This document shows, in pieces, positions 38,700-51,645 of a DNA stretch of 64,000 nt. The DNA lies in the NCBI RefSeq assembly GCF_002113885.1, contig NW_018404940.1:1983286-2047285 (forward strand), read 5' to 3'. The DNA comes from Mizuhopecten yessoensis. Taxonomy: Eukaryota. Position numbers and translations under genes: made by a program. The notes beneath the pieces are model-generated. The model did no database searches, was not told where the DNA came from, and saw only the letters and a program-made list of their open reading frames with translations. Numbering within the stretch: the stretch's first letter is position 1; each line of letters starts with the position of its first letter.

Positions 38700-39200
38700 T
38701 GAGTCAGTTTAAAAGGTAAAGTAACCGTACTTGGTGATTTTAAAAGCAGAGTGGATTACAACAGCTATCATATTTGTAACGACAGCATAGCTGACTTATC
38801 TGTCAATGTTATCTTAAATATTGTAGCTTATATGCTACATTCTGTTCCACATAAACGTTCCAATTCAGATCCAGTTATTAATCAGTTTGAAAGACAACTT
38901 TCATCCTTGTGCAATATTACTGCCTTAAGAAAAGTTGTTGGAAGGCACAAAATGATCCAAATGACAGTATTACCTTCTATAATGGTAAAGGTACTAGTCT
39001 TGTCGATTATGTATTAACTTTTGATACTGTAATAGGAAAAAATATCAATTTTAATCAACTTTGGTGTTTGACACTTTCTCAGACCATTCTCCATTATGTG
39101 ATACTTAATGTTCTCAGTTATGTCCAGGTACAAGTTGGTAATCATAATTTGACACGTTTTAGATTGAATGATAATAATATGGAAACTTTTCTAGAAACAT
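38700..39200 (+). mobile_element. Decayed apurinic endonuclease (APE) domain of a LINE
   Basis: Frameshifted motifs VLGDFKSR, RSNSDPVINQF...LC, ITFYNGKGTSLVDY and SDHSP. Confidence 0.6.
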
Positions 39201-39833
39201 TCTAGTAGCTAGAATACTACAACGGTTCGTCTGTACAACGTAAGATACGTTCTGTGGAGTACCTCCAAAAATGGTAAAACATGGTAAAGTGTCCATCTTT
39301 TTGGTGTGACATAGGTCAACTAATGGATTGTATGTGTGCGAGGTGTTTTTTGGTAGGGTTGAGATTTAACATATTTTACAAATATTGTTTAGCATCCTTT
39401 ATTCTTTAGAAAGAAATATAAAACACATCATGTTAATGAATCTGAAAATATTGTATTTGATAGAAAAAGGTATGACAAAACATCAAAGCACTATACAAAT
39501 GTTAAAGTGATACATTAATGGGAATTTAAAGCTTGTTTTCCCATCTTTAAAAAGTTACATGTTATTGTTTGTAGGCTCAGAAAGCACAGCCAGTAAATCA
39601 TTTATGTGTGATATTTCGATAACTTGAACGATCTGTACTCCGTAACCTTCCCCAGAAAAAATATCTGTGATTTTTTTTCTGATGAAGCTGACAGAACACT
39701 TATTATACAAGTCACCAAAACGTCATATCCAAGCGTTTCACTGGCTGTGCTTTATGAAGCTGTGTACCAGCTAGTCTTACCAAACTGAAAAAAAATGTTG
39801 ACAAATTGTATGTTTATTTAAACTCTGATTCTA

Positions 39834-40794
39834 CAGTTGTGGGACTGCACAACGCACCAAAAATAGCGTGCGCACACCGTGCATACATCGTTCACACACC
39901 GTCCGCACATTGTCCACACATGGTGCGCACAACTGTGCGATTTAGCAATCGTTCGCCCCGTTGTGCGCTTCTCTCCGCACAACTGTGCGATTTGGTATCA
40001 TTTGTAGATCAAAATTACGGAATAACAAAAATACGGAAGGCTTGTATACGATATTGTACACTGTGTATATATCTGTAATTTCTCATCACAATAATCAAGA
40101 TTGTATAATTTCACAATGCGTGTTTCACAGTATTACAGCGACCGTTAGGCTGTCAAGAATGGGTTTGGCTCCAAGGTAACAGAACAGGTAAATAACAATT
40201 TTATGAGTGTCCGGAGTTTTACCTGACCAGTGCCTGACACACAGAGCTGATATGCGATACCGTTTGACCGTAATGAATAGTATTTGTTATTTGCATTCGT
40301 TTGTCTATAGCTCCCCTTCACCTGGATTTTCACAACTCGGCCTTACCCGACGAGTTACGTAAATGCCCCAGGCGGGGAGAAAACTACGGTCCAGGTACAT
40401 GTACAAAGTGGTTATGTTTACCTGTATACGGAATTGTGTTGTAATTTTACATGTGTCGATTAAGTTTGTTTAAAAACACAGAAAACACAATTCCTAAATA
40501 TAAGAACATATAGACAGAAAGATAAGTTTATAGATGTCGCTAGAATATAGAAACATACGTAAACATCAAGTTTATATGTTTAAACACGAAACCGTATTAA
40601 TTGTTAAGGCATTCCTCAATTTACACCAACCACGATTGATATCGCACAACGTCCGTCCATCGTGCGCACATATGTGCGCAAGCAATGATCGTTCAGCTTT
40701 TTATCGTTCACCCATCGTGCCCACACCGTTCACACGCCGTGCACACATCGTGCGCACACCGCACATCGTGTAACGTTGTGCGATCCCACAAATG
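39834..40794. mobile_element. MITE/non-autonomous DNA transposon, Tc1/mariner-like ends
   Basis: Imperfect 21-bp TIRs CAGTTGTGGGACTGCACAACG and CATTTGTGGGATCGCACAACG, TA on both flanks, subterminal GTGCGCACA repeats at both ends, no ORF. Confidence 0.7.
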
Positions 40795-41511
40795 TAATTG
40801 ATTTAAATACTTAATAACACCATCCTTTATCGAAATAATATCTAACGATCCTTATACTCAGAGGAAGTAGAGAAGATGTGTTAACATCATGCTGCTGATT
40901 TGTTTAAACCTTGTAATTGACGGTAAGTGTTTTCGAAACAGGGTATTACTGAAAGTGGAAACTCTATTACATTTCATTCCTAATTCGTTTCGCTGAATTC
41001 GGTTTGTTTAAATTTTTACTAATATATATATATTATTTCAATTTAACGAAGACCCTTACTTAATACATTTATATATAAAAATATCTATACTGTATATCTG
41101 ATGATTGTTTGCATGTTTTTCAGATTATTGAACAGGTGATATCACCGTAATGAATACTGTAGTTAGTGATATCACAACAATAAATAGGTGATATCATTTC
41201 AATGACCAAGCATTTTATCGTTTTACTCAAATATGTACAAATAATCCGATATACATCGGCGTGAAGTTTGGATTAATAAAGATGTAATGTTGCATCTGTT
41301 TAAATATGGTTTAAGTGGGGTGGTGTATGGTCGTCAGGGATATAAAAGAGCAACCAATTCGCATCGACAACTGTTCAATACATATTTAGAACATACATTG
41401 AATGCAAAGTTTCATCAAATTCTGTCCTGTTCTTATGGAGTATATTACATACTTAAAATGGAATTCTGTATGATAGAACCCCCATAATACAATAAAATGA
41501 TACAAAAAAAT

Positions 41512-41546
<35 letters not shown>

Positions 41547-42173
41547 AACCAATATATGGGGCAAAGAAGTAATTCCAACAGTGTGGACAAGTTTAGGTTG
41601 TCAAATTTTCGGAGCGATCAGCTCCTTTTTCAAGACACAGTGAAACAGAACACTTACATGTTCATATACATCATATTACAAGAAGATAGAATTGATATAC
41701 TATAATTGAAAATATAGCTATTATATAAAACCAATAGTCCCCTCGGCTAAAGACAGCCGAAGGCAGCAATTAAGATGAGAGCATCGCGGACAAGGAACGC
41801 TGATGTAGAGGACCTATTCTTGCGCAAGATGCACCATCATATAAAGTGAGTCAACGAGAGATATCAAAAACGTGGAACATGTGCATGTGGAAATCTGGCC
41901 CGGTAAATGTGAAAAATCTCCAATTTGCTACCGAATGTCTCATTAGTCGCCTCTCAATACTGCGATGATTCTAACAGTCACAGAAGGGGGTTCGCACTTA
42001 GTCGCCTCTTTTGGTTTACAGAAATAATGCATGTGCCTCTTTTGGTTTGCAGGAACTCTGCAAGTAATTATCAAATAAGTGAGTTCAGGAGGAATAAGTA
42101 GATGAAATGGCTAAGATACTGTATAAGATACTGTATATATGTCCAAATCCTCCAATATTGTTTGTTTCAATAT

Positions 42174-45100
42174 TCATTTCAGCTTAACAACGCGGCACTT
42201 GTAGTTCTTGGACGCCCGCGTCAATCCCAAAGTCGCGTCAAATGATGGGAGTTTGTCGGGGCTTTCTGGGAGAAACTCGAACCTCTGCAGCAATGAGGTT
42301 ATGAACAAAAATAGCTCTAACCTCGCCAGGGATTCTCCAAGACAAATTCGTCTTCCTGTAAGAAACAAAATGAGATTAATTCTTTAATTCATTAATGCAA
42401 ACTAGTATGTATGGGACATTGCTACTTTATTTAGAGATTCGCGGCTAGACTTTCGGTAAGACGAACGTAAGACATAAATATATGATTGCACCTATTAATA
42501 GAAACAGTATGCCAAAAGGAACTTACACTGCACCTTACAGCTGTTTTGGCCTTCTAGGGTTTCGACAGTGATATTAGGTGTCAAAATGGTTGGACTCAAA
42601 ATTGGTCTTAACTATAATTCATTATGTGAGTTTCACAAATTAGAGGAGTATCGTTTGATTTCAAATTAATAATGAATAAAGTGTGCATTTGATAAACAAG
42701 GCCGCTGCTCAAAAGAGATGAATTCGCTATCAGGATTACGACAAAACTTGGGTATTTTTAAAAAGGTCAACCAGCGGAATCTACTACTTATATGGTGAAA
42801 GATAATTGTAAGACACACACACACAGGTGATTAACCCCTTCGGTAATCGATGCAGTATGCTAAAAATGAGTAACACTGCACCATACACCTGTCCTGTCCA
42901 TATAGGATCTATTCCTTGATGCTTGGGGCCAAAGCGTTTGACATCCGAATCGGTCTTAAAGTCGATATAAACAATGAAAAATAAATATATACATTTATTA
43001 ACAAAAAGCAAGCAAACAGATAAAAATATGTAAGTACCTAGGGAGAAAGCCATTACAGTCCTTTCCTTGCCGTTCATTTGTCCGTCCTTTCCTAGAAATC
43101 TCTCGGGTTGAAACTGATCCGGATTCTCAAACAGATCTGGATCAGTCATAACGGAGTCAAGATTCGGAATTATCGAGGATCCCTTTGGGATAATCATGCC
43201 TCGGAATTGGATATCCTTCTTAGCCCCGTGAGGCACAGACAGTGGAACGATGTTGCCCATCCGGAAAACCTCTGTTATAAATGCTTCGTAGTAAGGCATG
43301 GAGGGTTTGTCGCCGAGTGACGGAAGCCTTGACGTTCCGACCACAGTCTCAATCTCCTGTCGGAGCTTGTCCTGGATAGGTTTGTTGTGAATGAGGTAAA
43401 TTATCGCCCAGCGAATAATGGTAGCTGTTGTGTCAGTCCCGGCGGTAAACAAATTCATGACGGAGATTGATAAGTTCATATCTATATCCGGGCGTGAAGT
43501 AAAAAATAAATATTCAGGCACAAGGAAAATTGTAAAACATGTATTTCAAATTACATTTTAACAAATGATACAAATCAAATATCCCCCAAAAAAATGAAAT
43601 AAAGTTGAGGTTGATTGATGATATTTGGGTTATGTAGGTCAACCGTTTGACAAATCCATATAAAAGTGTTCTGAAATACCTTAAAAATACAGGATAAGTG
43701 GAAAATGTACACAAAACCCCTTTTAAACGTTAAAAAAGTATCTCCCTCATACTTAGTATTTATATTCTGGTTCTTTTTATTTAAAATAAGTTGAATCAAG
43801 AATGCAAGAACAAAATTGATATCTGTTTTATGAAACAGCGTTTAAAATAAATATTGTTAAAGAGTAATAATCTAATTATATATCTTTGCTACCTACCATC
43901 AAATATCGGATCATGTTCGCCATGTTTGTTTTGTTGTCTCAGAAACGCATCAATGAAATCTCGCTGATTCTCTTCTTCAAACGTGTTTCGATGCTCAGCG
44001 ATTTGTTCAAAAACGAAAGATTTGATATCGGTGAGATTTTGAGTTAACTTCTTTATATTAAACATATCCCCGGGAAGGAATCTTAATACTGGGAAAGATC
44101 GTATAGTCCCTCCAACCGAATTTAACCTAAAGTTCTCAGCGAAAAGTGACGTAAGTCGCTGGAATTTTGCGTCAGTGTATTCAAATCGGTTTCCGAACGT
44201 AATACTGCATATGATATTTGATATGGCCATGGTGGTCACTTCGTTCACGTCGTAAGGTTGTCCGTTTTGCTTTTCAATGATACCAAAATAAGCCTCTATT
44301 TCCTCTTGGACTCTTGATTCCAAAGACTTCTTTCCAAATCCAAAATTCCGAAGTGTGGACAGAGAAAATGTCCGTGTTTGTTTCCAGTGTTCACCGGACG
44401 AGGGGCCAATACCTAAAAAAACCCATTAGATTAGATTTTAACATAAGTTTGTGTGTCATCGTTTATTTCGTAAGTGATGAAATTACGTTATATTTGTTAA
44501 TCTTATCTTTCTATATGTATATTTTACATCTTTCTATACATATAAATGTATAGACCCGTTTGATACTTTCTAATTACCCAATCATACACGGCACGCATCA
44601 ATGTTTGTATGAATTTAAAAAAGTCTTTACGAAGGCAAATCTCTAGACCAAAACAGATAACTAACAGGTACCTAGCACCTTCGCCTCTACTCCATACTTT
44701 CATCAGGGGGTGATATATATAAATAAAGCATAAATATAATATACATGCAATGTATGTCTTATTAATACATTTTTGTATTAGATTAGAAATATATAAGATA
44801 ATTTACGGAGACAAGAAACAAGTATAATTTAATTCAACATTACTACCAGTACATTGCAATACATATTTGAAGATATGTTATCTTAGGTGAGTGCGGGATA
44901 ATTATTCATTTTGTCAATTTTTAGAATTGTAAATAGCACATACATATATTGCATATGTGTATTTTAGACATTTGTAACGAACCCCTGTGAATAGACTAAG
45001 CATTTTTACAATTTACCTTTAAAGTGAAAACACTTTTTTATGAAATAGCTGCTTGGCCTGTCAGAGAATTCATCCGCACGCTTCACGAACGCTTCCTTTA

Positions 45101-45365
45101 ACGCATCGGTTCCATTGATGACCACGGTAAGCATGGGCCCAATCTGTATACTAAAAACGTCGCCATATTGTGCTCGAAGTTTCCGAAATGTCTCGAGCAC
45201 ATTTCCCTTTCGCAGTAGAGGCATGCTTCCTACGATAGGATAGCCAGATGGACCTGGTGGGACATTGGCCGGCCATTGTAGTGTCCGACTGACCAGCAGT
45301 ATCAACAATATAACAACGATGGCCACCGTCACACTACTAAAGCTGAGAAGCGAACTGAGATCCAT
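42174..45365 (-). CDS. Cytochrome P450, clan 2 (CYP2-like), intact 4-exon gene, 496 aa
   Basis: Exons 45365-45017, 44412-43897, 43481-43038 and 42355-42174, the same lengths as the 21890-24499 paralog, with GT-AG introns. Motifs PPGP, AGTDTT, EVFR, PERF and FSLGRRICLG are all present. Confidence 0.92.
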
Positions 45366-47122
45366 GTTGGTTAGCCTCAGACGATGTTAACATCTCTTTC
45401 CCACTACGTGATGTGAAGTCTGGCTTACTGTCCTGTATATATAGGCAAAGTCTATCAACCCTTTTGAGATTAACAAAAATGATACCACATATCCAGTCTG
45501 CTTGCATGACGTCTTACATATCGTGCTATTAAATGAACTTCAATACGTGTGTCATTTATCCAGGGTAGATTGGTTTTGATACAGCTAAGGTCAGTTAAGG
45601 GCGGGTTTCATGTGTGTTGTGTAAGCGTGCATGCTTGTATGTGTGTTATATCCTGCGTATATGCTTGTATCTGAATGTCTTATTGTGGATAAAGGTTAAC
45701 GTATCCTTGTTAATATAATTTAAAAGAAATGAAAGTTTCAGGTATTTTATTAATCGTTTATTAAGCTATAAAATACGATGTAAACAACCAAGCTTCTCCT
45801 CAAGTACAAAAATTAGAAGGTCAATAAATAGAACGACATATATTATGACGTTGGCATTCTATACGTTGATATATAAATAGGTAAAATGTGTACTTAATAT
45901 TGACCTTTTGGTGCAATGTACAGGTCCCTAGATAGGACGTAAGTTGGGATTTATTTTGTGCTAGCAGTTTGTTTTAACGATATATTTGTTGGGCAAACAT
46001 GATGAGCTTCAAATGATGCAGAATTACCTAGAAACTGTCTTATTTTCTTGGTAAATATGTTCTTGCTATTGCAACTTTCTTACTAGTTCGATATTCAATA
46101 GTATATTTGGTATTATTTTAGCCAACGTTTTGTTTATAAAAACAAACGTATGTTGTTCTCAGTAAATACGATAGGATCCGGTCGGAAGGAATATTGAAAT
46201 AAGAGTGAAATATTATAGTGCTACTCATGAAAAATATCAAAATATTAGCCACACTCGTGAAATATATTTGTTATTGCTGCGAACTCGTGAAAAAAAATCA
46301 AAAATATTAGGCACACTCGTGAAATATATTTGTTATAACTGAAGACACCATTAAATTTTCTATTAATTACATTTTTAGAGCATAAAACATGAAAAATGTA
46401 ATATATTAAAAAAGGCGGAAATTAGAAGCATAATGATAAGTGCCATATTTTAATGACGTCACGCTTGACAACACGGCTGCGAGCCATTTTGCATGGGATA
46501 CTCTTATTTTCTGGTATGATTGCTTATAGAAATGTTATTAATTGTATATTTATAGAAATACTTAATTAAGTGTGTGTACCAAATATTTACCGTTACAACC
46601 ACTTATTCTAACGTCGCTTCATTTGAATCTGGACAAAAATCGTTGCCTTTGAATGCAGCGAATAGAAGATACCGTAATGATTGGTCAATACAAAAAAGTG
46701 ATATATTCACACCCTGAAAATATCACTTTTCGTAAAATATAACAAATTATTAATTTGATAGAATCCGATATTTCACTGGAAAAAATGTAATAAATAAAGT
46801 TATTTACAATTTCGAAATAAGAGATGATAAACATAGCTTAAATAGCACAGCAACACAGACAAAATCGAATAGAAGAAACTAGATACCTTGTTGAGGGAAG
46901 AGATACAAACCAGAAAAAAATACCATGAAGAATAAAACAATATAAGAATGGAGATAAAATTCATAATTAATCTAATTTTAGTAAAAAAAATAGTAAGCTC
47001 GTCTGTAAAATAAGGGGTCATAAAGTATGTCGATTCAAAAATATATGCACAGAAATGTACATCATCCCTTCCACGTAAATATGTCACAGTCAACAGGTCA
47101 ATAATTAGAACGACAGATAGTT

Positions 47123-50100
47123 AACGATTATGTACTGAAATTCGAAATGATGTCCATAGCCTGTGGTACTGTTGATGCCGTTTTGCATGTGGATACATTA
47201 GAAGATGCCCAGTTGTGGTATAGGTATGAAAAAGTGGTATAAGACCTATACAATATGCCGTGGCCTGTTGAAAACGAAAAAAAACCGATTATGTACTGAA
47301 ATTCGAAATGATTCCCATAGCCTGTGGTATTGTTGATGCCGTTTTGCATGTGGATACCTTAGAAGATGCCCAGTTGCGGTATAGGTGTGAAAAAGTGGCA
47401 TAAGACCTATACGATATGCCGTGGCCTGTTGAAAACGAAAAAAATAACGATTATGTACTGAAATTTGAAATGATGCCCAGTGTAGCCTGGGGTATCATTG
47501 ATGCCGTTTTGCATGTGGATACTTTAGAAGATGCCCAGTTTGGGAATAGGTGTGAAAAAGCCGAATAAGACCTATAACAAAATGCCGTGGCCTGTTGAAA
47601 ACGAAAAAATAACGATTATGTACTGAAATTGGAAATTATGCCCAGTGGGCATCTTTAGCCTAGGGTATCGTTGATGCCGTTTGCATGTGGATACCTCAGA
47701 AGATGCCCAGCTATGGTATAGGTGTGCACGAGTAGCATAAGACCTATACCATATGCCGTGGCCTGTTGAAAACGAAAAAATAACGATTATGTACTGAAAT
47801 TCGAAATGATGCCCATAGCCTGGGGTATCGTTGATGCCGTTTTACATGTGGATACCTTAGAAGATGCCCAATTGTGGTATAGGTGTGAAAAAACGGCATA
47901 AGACCTATACAATATGCCGTGGCCTGTTGAAAACTAAAAAATAACGATTATGTACTGAAATTCGAAATGATGCCCATAGCCTGTGGAATTGTTGATGCCG
48001 TTTTGCATGTGGATACCTTAGAAGATGCCCAGTTGTGGTATAGGTGTGAAAAAGCGGCAGAAGACCTATACAATATGCCGTGGCCTGTTGAAAACGAAAA
48101 AATAACGATTATGTACTGAAATTCGAAATGATGCCCATAGCCTGGGTTATCGTTGAGGCCGTTTTATATGTGGATACCTTCGAAGATGCCCAATTGTGGT
48201 ATTGGTGTGAAAAAGCGGCATAAGACCTATACAATATGCCGTGGCCTGTTGAAAACGAAAAAATAACGATTATGTACTGAAATTCGAAATGATGCCCATA
48301 GCCTGGGTTATCGTTGATGCCGTTTTACATGTGGATACCTTAGAAGATGCCGTGTTGTGGTATAGGTGGCGTAAGACCTATACAATATGCCGTGGCCTGT
48401 TGAAAATGGAAAAAAAACACGATTATGTACTGAAATTCAAATAGATGCCCCATGGGCATCTTTAGCCTGAATTATCGTTGATGCCGTTTTTCATGTAGAT
48501 ACCTTAGAAGATGCCGTGTTGTGGTATAGGTCTGAAAAAGCGGCATAAGACCTATAAAAATATGCCGTGGCCTGTTGAAAACGAAAAATTAACGATTATG
48601 TACTGAAATTCGAAATGATGTTCAGTGGGCATCTTAAGCCTGGGTTATCGTTGATGCCGTTTTGCATGTGGATACCTTTGAAGATGCCCAGTTGTGGTAT
48701 AGATGTGAAAAAGTGGCATAAAACCTATACAATATGCCATGGCCTGTTGAAAACGAAAAAATAACGATTATGTACTGAAATTCGAAATGATGCCCAATGG
48801 GCATCTTTAGCCTAGGGTATCGTTGATGCCGTTTGCATGTGGATAACTCAGAAGATGCCCAGTTGTGGTATATGTGTGCACGAGTAGCGTAAGACATATA
48901 CCATATGCCGTGGCCTGTTGAAAACGAAAAAATAAGGATTATGTACTGAAATTCGAAATGATGCCCATAGCCTGGGGTATCGTTGATGCCGTTTTACATG
49001 TGGATACCTTAGAAGATGCCCAGTTGTGGTATAGGTGTGAAAAAGCGGCATAAGACCTATACAATATGCCGTGGCCTGTTGAAAACTAAAAAATAACGAT
49101 TATGTACTGAAATACGAAATGATGCCCATAGCCTGGGGAATTGTTGATGCCGTTTTGCATGTGGATATCTTAGAAGATGCACAGTTGTGGTACAGGTGTG
49201 AAAAAGCGGCACAAGATCTATACAATATGCCGTGGCCTGTTGAAAACGAAAAAAATAACGAGGATGTACTGAAATTCGAAATGATGCCCATAGCCTGGGG
49301 TATTGTTGATGCCGTTTTGCATGTGGATGACTTAGAAGATGCCCACTTGTTGTATATGTGTGAAAAAGCGGCAGAAGACCTATACAATATGCCGTGGACT
49401 GTTGAAAACGAAATGATAACGATTATGTACTGAAATTCGAAATTATGCCCATAGCCTGGGGTATCGTTGATGCCGTTTTACATGTGGATACCTTAGAAGA
49501 TGCCCAGTTGTGGTATAGGTGGCGTAAGACCTATACAATATGCCGTGGCCTGTTTAAAACGAAAAAAACACGATTATGTACTGAAATTCAAATAGATGCC
49601 CAATGGGCATCTTTAGCCTGGGTTATCGTTGATGCCGTTTTTCATGTAGATACCTTAGAAGATGCCCAGTTGTGGTATAGGTCTGAAGAAGCGGCATAAG
49701 ACCTATAAAAATATGCAGTGGCATGTTGAAAACAAAAAAAATAACGATTATGTACTGAAATTCGAAATGATGTTCAGTGGGCATCGTTAGCCTGGGGTAT
49801 CGTTGATGCCGTTTTACATATGGATACCTTAGAAGATGCCTAGTTGTGGTATAGGTGTGTAAAAGCGGCATAAGACCTATAACTATATGCAGTGGCATGT
49901 TGAAAACAAAAAAAATAACGATTATGTACTGAAATTCGAAATGATGTCCAGTGGGCATCGTTAGCCTGGGGTATCGTTGATCCCGTTTTGCATGTGGATA
50001 CCTTAGAAGATGCCCAGTTATGGTATAGGTGTGAAAAAGCGGCATAAGACCTATTACAATATACAGTGGCCTGTTGAAAGCGAAAAAATAAGGATTATGT

Positions 50101-50380
50101 ACTGAAATTCGAAATGATGCCCATAGCCTGGGTTATCGTTGATGCCGTTTTAAATGTGGATACCTTAGAAGATGCCGTGTTGTGGTATAGGTGGCGTTAG
50201 ACCTATACAATATGCCGTGGCCTGTTGAAAACGAAAAAAACACGATTATGTACTGAAATTCGAAATGATGCCAAGTGGGCATCTTTATCCTGGGGTATCG
50301 TTGATGCCGATTTGCATGTGGATACCTTAGTAGATGCCCAGTTGTGGTATAGGTGTGAAAAAGCTGCATAAGAACTATAA
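47123..50380. repeat. ~161-bp satellite, about 20 monomers
   Basis: Monomer anchor CGATTATGTACTGAAATT at 47125, 47286, 47448, 47613, 47784, 47945, 48106, 48267 and onward, with +10/-10 nt variants. Confidence 0.95.
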
Positions 50381-51028
50381 TGTTAGGAACATTTGAATAT
50401 CAAACTAGCCCAATATTGCGCCAGCCCAACATTGTTCCAGTCCAATATTGGGCTAGCCCTATATTGAATAAGTAACCAACTTCACGCTGGTCTGCTGCCA
50501 CGACCACATAATTATCACGAAGTGAGTGAGCGAGGATGCGACATTACTTGGATTCGATCTTGTTTTACGTGGCTGATGTTGTCGATAAAGCAGAAGACAG
50601 TTATCCTTCCAGAATACCTGGTCTTAACATCCCTGTAAATATTAAAATGTCTCAGAATGGATATTTCCATTGTTCATATTTTGCCCTAGTTTTATCAATT
50701 TTGAGTTCAAATTGTTGTTTTGTTGACACTTCGGTACATCAAGTATTCTATTGTTGTTTTTTGAACATCAGGGTCAAGATATATATCCTTATATTTTGTT
50801 TTCATTTTGGAATTTCATTCTGCTTATTCATTTTTGAAATAGTGACCTGATGAATTCAACCCACTTCATAATTGATAACTTATGCATTACCTGCAGATTA
50901 ATCATTTGTTCATCCAGCCACCACATATCGGTTTACTTCTGTATAAAATTCTTTCGGTGGATCAACTGTACAAAAAAAGCAGTTCATCTATTTAAGTGAT
51001 GTGTCCCAATGCATATTTTATAATTTAC

Positions 51029-51376
51029 TCTTTTCTTCTAAAACAAGCCCTGTTACATAGTTGCTTTGTCTGTCAGAGAAATCATCCGCACGCTTGACGA
51101 ACGCTTCCTTTAACGCCTCGGCTCCATTGATGACTACGGTAATCCTGGGTCCAATCTGTATACTAAAAACGTCGCCATATTGTGCTCGGAGTTTCCGAAA
51201 TATCTCCAAAACATTTCCATTTCTCATAGAGGCATGCTTCCTATGATAGGATAGCCGGATGGACCGGGCGGGACATTGGCCGGCCATTGTAATATCCGAT
51301 TAACCAGCAGGATCAACAACACAACAACGATGGCCACTGTCACAGTGTTAAAGCTGAGGAGCGAGCCGAGATCCAT
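51029..51376 (-). pseudogene. Orphan CYP2-like exon 1 with frameshift
   Basis: MDLGSLLSF...PPGP...SMPL, then a 1-nt deletion (348 vs 349 nt); the GT donor at 51028 is intact. No exons 2-4 were found between here and the next gene at 45365. Confidence 0.85.
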
Positions 51377-51580
51377 GTTGTGTCTTAACACACTGAGAAC
51401 TGACAATATAAATGCAACTGTGTCCAATAATTATGGTCAACCGCAGACGATGTATACAATAATATCCGCGGTTACGGCATGTGAAAACACTACGAGTTCA
51501 GTCGACGATCTACATGCAAGACGGCTGACCTTTCGTTCTATTATATGATCTTCAGTACGAAAGTTGTTTATCCAATAACA

Positions 51581-51645
51581 ATGGTCACTGTCACAGTGTT
51601 AAAGTCGAGAGATGAGCTGAGGTCAATGTTTTCTCTACACAGACA
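51581..51645 (-). pseudogene. Short degenerate duplicate of the CYP exon 1 start
   Basis: atggtcactgtcacagtgttaaagtcgagagatgagctgaggtcaatgtt aligns with 51330-51380. Confidence 0.55.

Noticed and set aside
42784-43521. Single-exon 245-aa P450 ORF (likewise the extended ORFs at 22393-22866 and 31157-31684)
   Set aside because: The ORF ends are intron read-through; splice sites define a 444-nt exon 3.
46190-46800. Probable non-autonomous element with CACTCGTGAAA repeats and TGACGTCA (similar style at 7580-7900)
   Set aside because: It looks repeat-derived, but I could not define termini, TSD or family.
47123-50380. CRISPR-like array or repeat-protein ORFs
   Set aside because: The monomers are contiguous with no unique spacers, there are no cas genes, and the context is eukaryotic. 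The ORFs are satellite translations.
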